Shown piece after piece: positions 58,738 to 64,000 of a stretch of DNA of 64,000 nt (within the stretch, counting starts at the first letter, position 1; every line of letters begins with the position of its first letter). The stretch spans positions 434,001 to 498,000 of the forward strand of contig JAXGZF010000003.1 in assembly GCA_040771865.1 (NCBI GenBank), read 5' to 3'. The notes under the pieces are model-generated. The model was not told the origin of the DNA and searched no databases. It was given only the letters and a program-made list of their open reading frames with translations. The translations under genes were made by a program, and so were the position numbers. Origin of the DNA: Desulfobacterales bacterium. Its GTDB lineage: Bacteria > Desulfobacterota > Desulfobacteria > Desulfobacterales > UBA2245.

Positions 58738-60480
58738 TCAGCGAAGCGGAAGCCGCAAAACAAACTCTGCGCCGGCGCCGGTTCGGCTCCGGCACGAAAC
58801 GGTTCCCTGGTGGGCCTCGATGATGCTTTTGACGATGGCCAGTCCCAGACCCGTGCCCTGTTTGCCCTTGGTGGTATAAAATGCCCCGAAGATTCGGGAA
58901 AGATTCTGTTCGTCGATCCCCGGTCCGGTATCTTCGAAGCGTATCAAAAGGTGCTCGGGTTCAAGTGCGGCCGAAATTCGAATCACGCCGCCGGATGCCT
59001 GCATGGCCTGAAGGCTGTTTTTGATCAGATTGCTGAAGACCTGATAAATCCTCTCGGCGTCGACCGGAACCGGGGGAATGTTTTGAGGCCAGTCGACTTC
59101 AAACCGGATATTGGCTTGGCGGGACTGGGGTTCATAGGCGGACAGGGCTTCCAGAACCAGCGGATGCAGGGACATGGGTCGAAGGCGCAGTTCGGGCTTT
59201 TTGGCAAACCTGAGAAAATCCTCGATGAATTTTTGTGTCCGCAGTGCATCCTTTTGCAGCAGTTCCAGGGCCCTTTGCCCCTTGGAACTCATGGATTCGG
59301 TATTTAAGGTCATGACGGCCAGGCCGATGTTGTTGAGCAGGTTGCCGACCTCATGGGCGACCTTGCTGGCCGTGGTTCCCAGTTCGGCTAGGTTTCTGGA
59401 GTGAACCAGCTGCCTGGTCTGTTCCACCTCGTGAACGACATGCTTTTGAAGCGAATCGACCATTTCGTTGAATGCACTGCCCAGTTCGGCGATCTCGTCG
59501 GTGGCGGATAGGGATGTCTTGCTTTGAAGATCGCCGCGGCTGACCTCCTTCACCTGACGGTGCAGCGCATGAATGGGATCCAGAAAACGGCGGCAGCTTT
59601 TCCAGCTTAATATCCCGGCGACCAGGCTCATCATCAGGGTCAGAAATGCGGTCCAGGCGATGTGCCGATAAAAGTGGGCGTAGCTTTCCGAGAGGTTCTG
59701 GCTGAGCATGACGACCCAGTCGGGAACGGCCAGCCGGATTCCTAAGCATAAACGGGATCCTCTATCCCCCGGCTCGGTCCACTCGACGATCCGGCCAGAA
59801 GAGGTCAATTGTTTCAGAATGTCCGAATTGCTGATTTGTCGCCGGGATGCCACCTCGGTGATCTGCGGGTGGCCGATCGTGATGCCGTCGGAATCCAGAA
59901 CCGATACCCGGCCGGTGCGACCGATTTGAATGTCTATGAGAAGACTCCAGATTTTTTTGAGATTCAACTGGGCGTACAGAATTTCGGACACTTCGCCCCG
60001 CCGCAGCACCGGGACGCCCATATGGACAAAGGGAAGCCGGTTTTCATTGACCCGCACTTCGGAAACGGCGGTCCGGCCCGATCGGTTTTGATCCGGAATA
60101 ACGGCCGGAACGGGCGCTGGTTTTCCCGGGCCTTCGCATTCGGCAGCCGAAATTCCGTCCGGATCCTTCAGGGACAGGCTGAGGAACTGCGGATGAAGCT
60201 GCATGAAGGCGGAAAACGCCATTTCCTGCTGCCATGCATTCAGGTTCAGTGCGGATAGCATCAGGGCAAGTGTTTCCAGGTCGGTTTTGGCGGTATCGAT
60301 ATACATTTTGACCTGGCCGGCGGCGGTTTTCAGAATTTCGCGGTAGTTTTCGGATATGTTCTGACGGAAACTCCGGTAACTGGTCAGACTCAGCGCCAGA
60401 CTGGTGAAGATCACCGAGGCAAGGGTCAGGGGCAGAACGAGAACCATCAATTTGTAAATCAGCTTGCGTTTCATCCGCAT
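58738..60480 (-). CDS. Sensor histidine kinase (Cache-like, HAMP, HisKA, HATPase)
   Basis: Two TMs, DEIAELGSAFNEM, VAHEVGN, NLIKNS, DTGPG, GTGLGL; start uncertain. Confidence 0.92.
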   Translation of the reverse strand: MRMKRKLIYKLMVLVLPLTLASVIFTSLALSLTSYRSFRQNISENYREILKTAAGQVKMYIDTAKTDLETLALMLSALNLNAWQQEMAFSAFMQLHPQFLSLSLKDPDGISAAECEGPGKPAPVPAVIPDQNRSGRTAVSEVRVNENRLPFVHMGVPVLRRGEVSEILYAQLNLKKIWSLLIDIQIGRTGRVSVLDSDGITIGHPQITEVASRRQISNSDILKQLTSSGRIVEWTEPGDRGSRLCLGIRLAVPDWVVMLSQNLSESYAHFYRHIAWTAFLTLMMSLVAGILSWKSCRRFLDPIHALHRQVKEVSRGDLQSKTSLSATDEIAELGSAFNEMVDSLQKHVVHEVEQTRQLVHSRNLAELGTTASKVAHEVGNLLNNIGLAVMTLNTESMSSKGQRALELLQKDALRTQKFIEDFLRFAKKPELRLRPMSLHPLVLEALSAYEPQSRQANIRFEVDWPQNIPPVPVDAERIYQVFSNLIKNSLQAMQASGGVIRISAALEPEHLLIRFEDTGPGIDEQNLSRIFGAFYTTKGKQGTGLGLAIVKSIIEAHQGTVSCRSRTGAGAEFVLRLPLR

Positions 60481-60633
60481 CACACAAAAGCGTTCAGATG
60501 GCCGAAACCCGGCGGCGCGGGATTTAAAACCGGTTGATCCGAAGCCAGGGCTTTTCATTTCGAAACCGGCTTCGAAAATCCGGCAGACGGCGGTTTCAAA
60601 CCGTATGAACCATATGCCCTGAAATCAAGCCAG

Positions 60634-62454
60634 TCAATAGATGAATCGCAGGCCTGCTTCAAACCACCGGCCCGGCTGGGGATACTCCTTCCAGTAGATG
60701 TACGATGTGTTGGTCAGGTTGTGAATTGCCGCGAAAAGCTCGAATCTCCCGTACCTGGGCGGCCCGGGAAGTTCGGCCTTGAACTGATAGTCGAATACGA
60801 ACACCTGATCCTCGGTTTCAGGATACGAGGAATTGTAATCCATGTATTTTCCCGAAAGCGTGTGGGAAAGGCGGCTTCCGACGTATGCGGCCGAGAAGCT
60901 GATGTGGGTTTGCGGGATGTCTTTGATCTCCTCGTCGGTCGTGTCGTTTCGAACGTCTGCATAGCTGATGCCGAGGCGGAAAAGCCAGGTCTCGGCGATC
61001 GTTAATGCGGCCGAGGCCTCGACGCCCTGGCGAAGGACCTTGTCGATGTTTTCAAATTGATAGAGATCGTAGTTGAAACGAAGCAGGTCCTGAACCTCGG
61101 CCCGGAACAGGCCGGCTTCCAGATGAAGGCCCTTGACCGGCCGCATCTCCGCGCCGAGCTGGTAGCTGGTTGCAATTTCGGGCTGAAGGTCCGGATTGCC
61201 GATGTAGGGATCATTGAGAAGGTTCGCCGGCGGCGCGGAAAAGCCTCTGGCCGCCTGAAACCGGATTAGTGCGTCGTGCTTTGAAAACCGGCAGACCACT
61301 CCGGCCGACGGGCTGACCTGGGAGCCGAAATCACTGTTCTCGTCGAGGCGTACGCCGGCATTGAAGGTGAACCGGCCCATGGCCAGGGTGTCGTTGGCAT
61401 ACAGCGCCCAGTTGTCGGCATGGTAGGACTTGTTCAAAGAATCCCAGTCGTATCGGCCCCAGTTCCCGTCAAATCCGAGGTTCAGGCGGTTGTTCGAAAC
61501 GGCGCTCCATCCCATGCGCATTCCGGCGCCCCAGAGTTCTTCATTGCCGGTCGCGTTTGAATACGGCGCCCGCTGGTTCGAAAACACCATGTCCGACTTG
61601 CCGCTAACGTACTGATGGCGGCTTTCCAGAACGACGGAGATCGTGTCGGTCGGATCTGCTTCGTAGGAGACCACCTGATAGGCCCGCTGGCCCCGGTAAT
61701 TCAACCACCACGGCAAACCCTCGTAGGGCATGGCCGTGTCGTTCTCGTCAAAGTTCAGGGTCAGGCCCAGACGCCCGGCGTCGCCGACCCGGCATCCGGC
61801 CTTGGCGTAGACCGACTGCCAGCTGTATTCGCTGTTGGGGACAAATCCCCTGCTTTCGTTGTGATCCGTGGAGATCAGATAGTCGAACCTGTCCACGGCG
61901 CCGCTGGCCGATGCGCCGGCCTTCCAGGTGTCGTAATCTCCGTAGCTCGCCATGGCCTCGGCGCTAAAAGGCCTGGAAGCTTCGGGGGCTTTCGTGATGA
62001 TGTTGATCACCCCGCCAAGGGCTGATCCCCAGGCGGATGAGGCCGCGCCCTTGTAGATTTCGATGCGCTCGATATTTTGAACGGAGATGAGCGACAGATC
62101 GGCGATGGGATTGGCCAGAAGATTCATCGGAACCCCGTCCCTGTAAACGGCCACATGCCGGGGCTCGGATCCCTGAATGCGGGCGGTGAGGTTCCATCCG
62201 ACGCCGAACTGGGAATCCACGTACATTCCCGGAACATACTGAAGCGCTTCGGCGACCGTTGCGACAGGCAGGGCCGCGATCTCCTCGGCGGTGATCACCG
62301 AGATGTTGGCGGCCACATCGGATTCCAGGGCTTTTTCCCGGGTCGCGGTGACCACCAGGGGTTCAAGAGTCGCCGGTTCCCCTCCCACCGCCTGGGACGG
62401 ACAGCATAAGAAGGCGTAGAGCAAAACGAACAGGGCGTTACAGCTCCTCCTCAT
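60634..62454 (-). CDS. TonB-dependent outer-membrane receptor
   Basis: TonB box LVVTAT, plug IERIEIYKGAASSAWG, NPDLQPE, C-terminal PGRWFEAGLRFIY. Confidence 0.92.
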   Translation of the reverse strand: MRRSCNALFVLLYAFLCCPSQAVGGEPATLEPLVVTATREKALESDVAANISVITAEEIAALPVATVAEALQYVPGMYVDSQFGVGWNLTARIQGSEPRHVAVYRDGVPMNLLANPIADLSLISVQNIERIEIYKGAASSAWGSALGGVINIITKAPEASRPFSAEAMASYGDYDTWKAGASASGAVDRFDYLISTDHNESRGFVPNSEYSWQSVYAKAGCRVGDAGRLGLTLNFDENDTAMPYEGLPWWLNYRGQRAYQVVSYEADPTDTISVVLESRHQYVSGKSDMVFSNQRAPYSNATGNEELWGAGMRMGWSAVSNNRLNLGFDGNWGRYDWDSLNKSYHADNWALYANDTLAMGRFTFNAGVRLDENSDFGSQVSPSAGVVCRFSKHDALIRFQAARGFSAPPANLLNDPYIGNPDLQPEIATSYQLGAEMRPVKGLHLEAGLFRAEVQDLLRFNYDLYQFENIDKVLRQGVEASAALTIAETWLFRLGISYADVRNDTTDEEIKDIPQTHISFSAAYVGSRLSHTLSGKYMDYNSSYPETEDQVFVFDYQFKAELPGPPRYGRFELFAAIHNLTNTSYIYWKEYPQPGRWFEAGLRFIY

Positions 62455-63781
62455 ATCGTTTCACCTTTTCGATAAGGGTTTTCCGGCTGATGCCCAGAAT
62501 TTCCGCGGCCTTAGTTTTGTTGTTGCCGCTTCGCTTCAGGGCCAGTTCAATGTAAAAGCGTTCCATATCCTTAAGGTTCAGATCCGATAAGGTTTGCTGG
62601 CTCGGGCTTTCCACATGAAGCTGCCGGGTGGTGATCAGAGACCCCGTGCAGGTGATCACCGCTCTTTCGATCACGTTGACCAGTTCCCGGACGTTTCCCG
62701 GCCAGTCATAAGCCATCAGGGTCAGCATCGCGTTTTCGGAGAAAGTTTCCGCTGGCCGGTGAAAGGAACGGGCAAAGCGTTTCAGATAGTGTTCGGCGAT
62801 CAGGGGGATGTCCTGCTTTCTTTCTCTCAGGGGAGGGATGTGGATGGCAAATACATTGAGCCGGTAAAACAGATCTTTTCGAAACCGGCCCGAAGCGGCC
62901 TCTTCCTTGAGGTCTTTATTGGTGGCGGCAATGATGCGGAAATCCGATCCCAGCGTGCGGCTTCCTCCCACGCGCTTGAAAGTTCCGGATTCAAGCGTCC
63001 GCAACAGCTTGGGCTGGAGATAGACTGGCGATTCGCTGATTTCATCCAGAAACAGGGTGCCCTGATCGGCCAGCTCGAAAAGGCCTTTCTTCAAGGCAAC
63101 CGCGTCGGTAAAGGCCCCCCTTTCATGGCCGAAGAGTTCGCTTTCCAGAACGCCTGAAGAAAATTCCGAGCAGTTGACCGCGAAAAAGGGCTTGTCGTTT
63201 CTTGGACTCAATTCGTGAATGGCTCTGGCCACAAGCTCCTTGCCTGTGCCGGTTTCTCCTTCGATTAAAACGGTGATCGAAACTCCGGCCACCTGGCTCA
63301 CGGCTTTCTTGACCGCCTCGATGGCCGGGGACCGGCCGATGAAAGAGGAAAACGCCTGATTCCGCGCATGGTGCTCTTCCCTCAGCGTGTTCAGCTCCTT
63401 GAGTGCATGCCGTTTGGCCAATGCCTCCCGGACGGTGGCCCAGAAAAGCTCCAGCCGGTTTGTCAGGGGTTTTTCAAAATAATGAAAGGCCCCCTTCTTG
63501 ACCGCCTCGATGGCGTTTTCCGTGGAACCGAAAGCCGTGATCAGGATAAAGGGAATTTCCGGGAATTCGTCCTGAACCTTATGGAACAGATCCGTTCCGG
63601 ACATGCCCGGAAGCCGGACGTCGCATATGATCAGATCGACCGCTTTCGAGCGCAGGACGTTCCATGCTTCCTCGGCAGAAGCGGAAAACAGCAGATTGAA
63701 TTGGTCGGCCCCCGGAAGCGTTCGGAAGAGCTCCAGGAAAGAGGCGTTGTCGTCTATGATGAGGATTTTTGAAGATAACAT
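62438..63781 (-). CDS. Sigma54-dependent response regulator (NtrC family)
   Basis: REC domain, GETGTGKE, GAFTDA, WPGNVREL, Fis-type HTH. Confidence 0.95.
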   Translation of the reverse strand: MLSSKILIIDDNASFLELFRTLPGADQFNLLFSASAEEAWNVLRSKAVDLIICDVRLPGMSGTDLFHKVQDEFPEIPFILITAFGSTENAIEAVKKGAFHYFEKPLTNRLELFWATVREALAKRHALKELNTLREEHHARNQAFSSFIGRSPAIEAVKKAVSQVAGVSITVLIEGETGTGKELVARAIHELSPRNDKPFFAVNCSEFSSGVLESELFGHERGAFTDAVALKKGLFELADQGTLFLDEISESPVYLQPKLLRTLESGTFKRVGGSRTLGSDFRIIAATNKDLKEEAASGRFRKDLFYRLNVFAIHIPPLRERKQDIPLIAEHYLKRFARSFHRPAETFSENAMLTLMAYDWPGNVRELVNVIERAVITCTGSLITTRQLHVESPSQQTLSDLNLKDMERFYIELALKRSGNNKTKAAEILGISRKTLIEKVKRYEEEL

Positions 63782-63932
63782 TTTGCCTTATTAGCAAAAA
63801 AACGGCCTGCTGTCATTATAAAAGCAGCAAAGTGTATCAAAATGTAACACTCTGATTCGCGTCAAAAAGGGCCAAATTGTAACCAAACGAAACGGTTTTG
63901 AAAAACCAGGCCGTAAAATGGGGCTGTAGAAA

Positions 63933-63948
63933 TGGAACGGTAATTGCT
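63933..63948 (+). promoter_or_regulatory. Putative sigma54 (-24/-12) promoter pointing out of the window
   Basis: TGGAACGGTAATTGCT has GG-N10-GC spacing; palindrome AGTGT-N11-ACACT at 63831-63851 as candidate activator site. Confidence 0.65.
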
Positions 63949-64000
63949 TATAAGAAAATTCAAGTCATCATGTGCGGTGTGCGCGTATTTGCCGTCTAAC

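Overview
This window is a GC-rich bacterial chromosome segment whose gene content points to a Desulfobacterota (delta-proteobacterial) host; the taxonomy is inferred. Most of it is housekeeping: yicC-remA-gmk-rlmB-icd, an F0-only atp cluster, uvrA, a divergent dnaA paralogue, rpsF-rpsR-rplI-dnaB-hflX-suhB, hemL, ktrAB, a sirtuin, mpl, birA-bioY-ECF, three tRNAs, and a sigma54 two-component/TonB module. The main accessory feature is a ~13.9 kb integrative element (29842-43782) inserted in the 3' end of mpl. It is bounded by a 24-bp direct repeat and supplies a replacement Mpl C-terminus. It encodes an integrase, a serine resolvase, a second tyrosine recombinase with a duplicated N-terminal core-binding domain, a primase-helicase next to an iteron origin, a GemA-like protein and several regulators. 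No capsid, terminase or relaxase gene is recognisable. Its most unusual feature is two co-oriented arrays of a palindromic 58-bp repeat (about 4.7 and 8 units) that bracket the ~9.1 kb replication/recombinase module. A second candidate new system is an operon of a KamA radical-SAM aminomutase, two ATP-grasp ligases and a GNAT domain, followed by an MscS-like gene. All calls come from reading the sequence; no searches were run.
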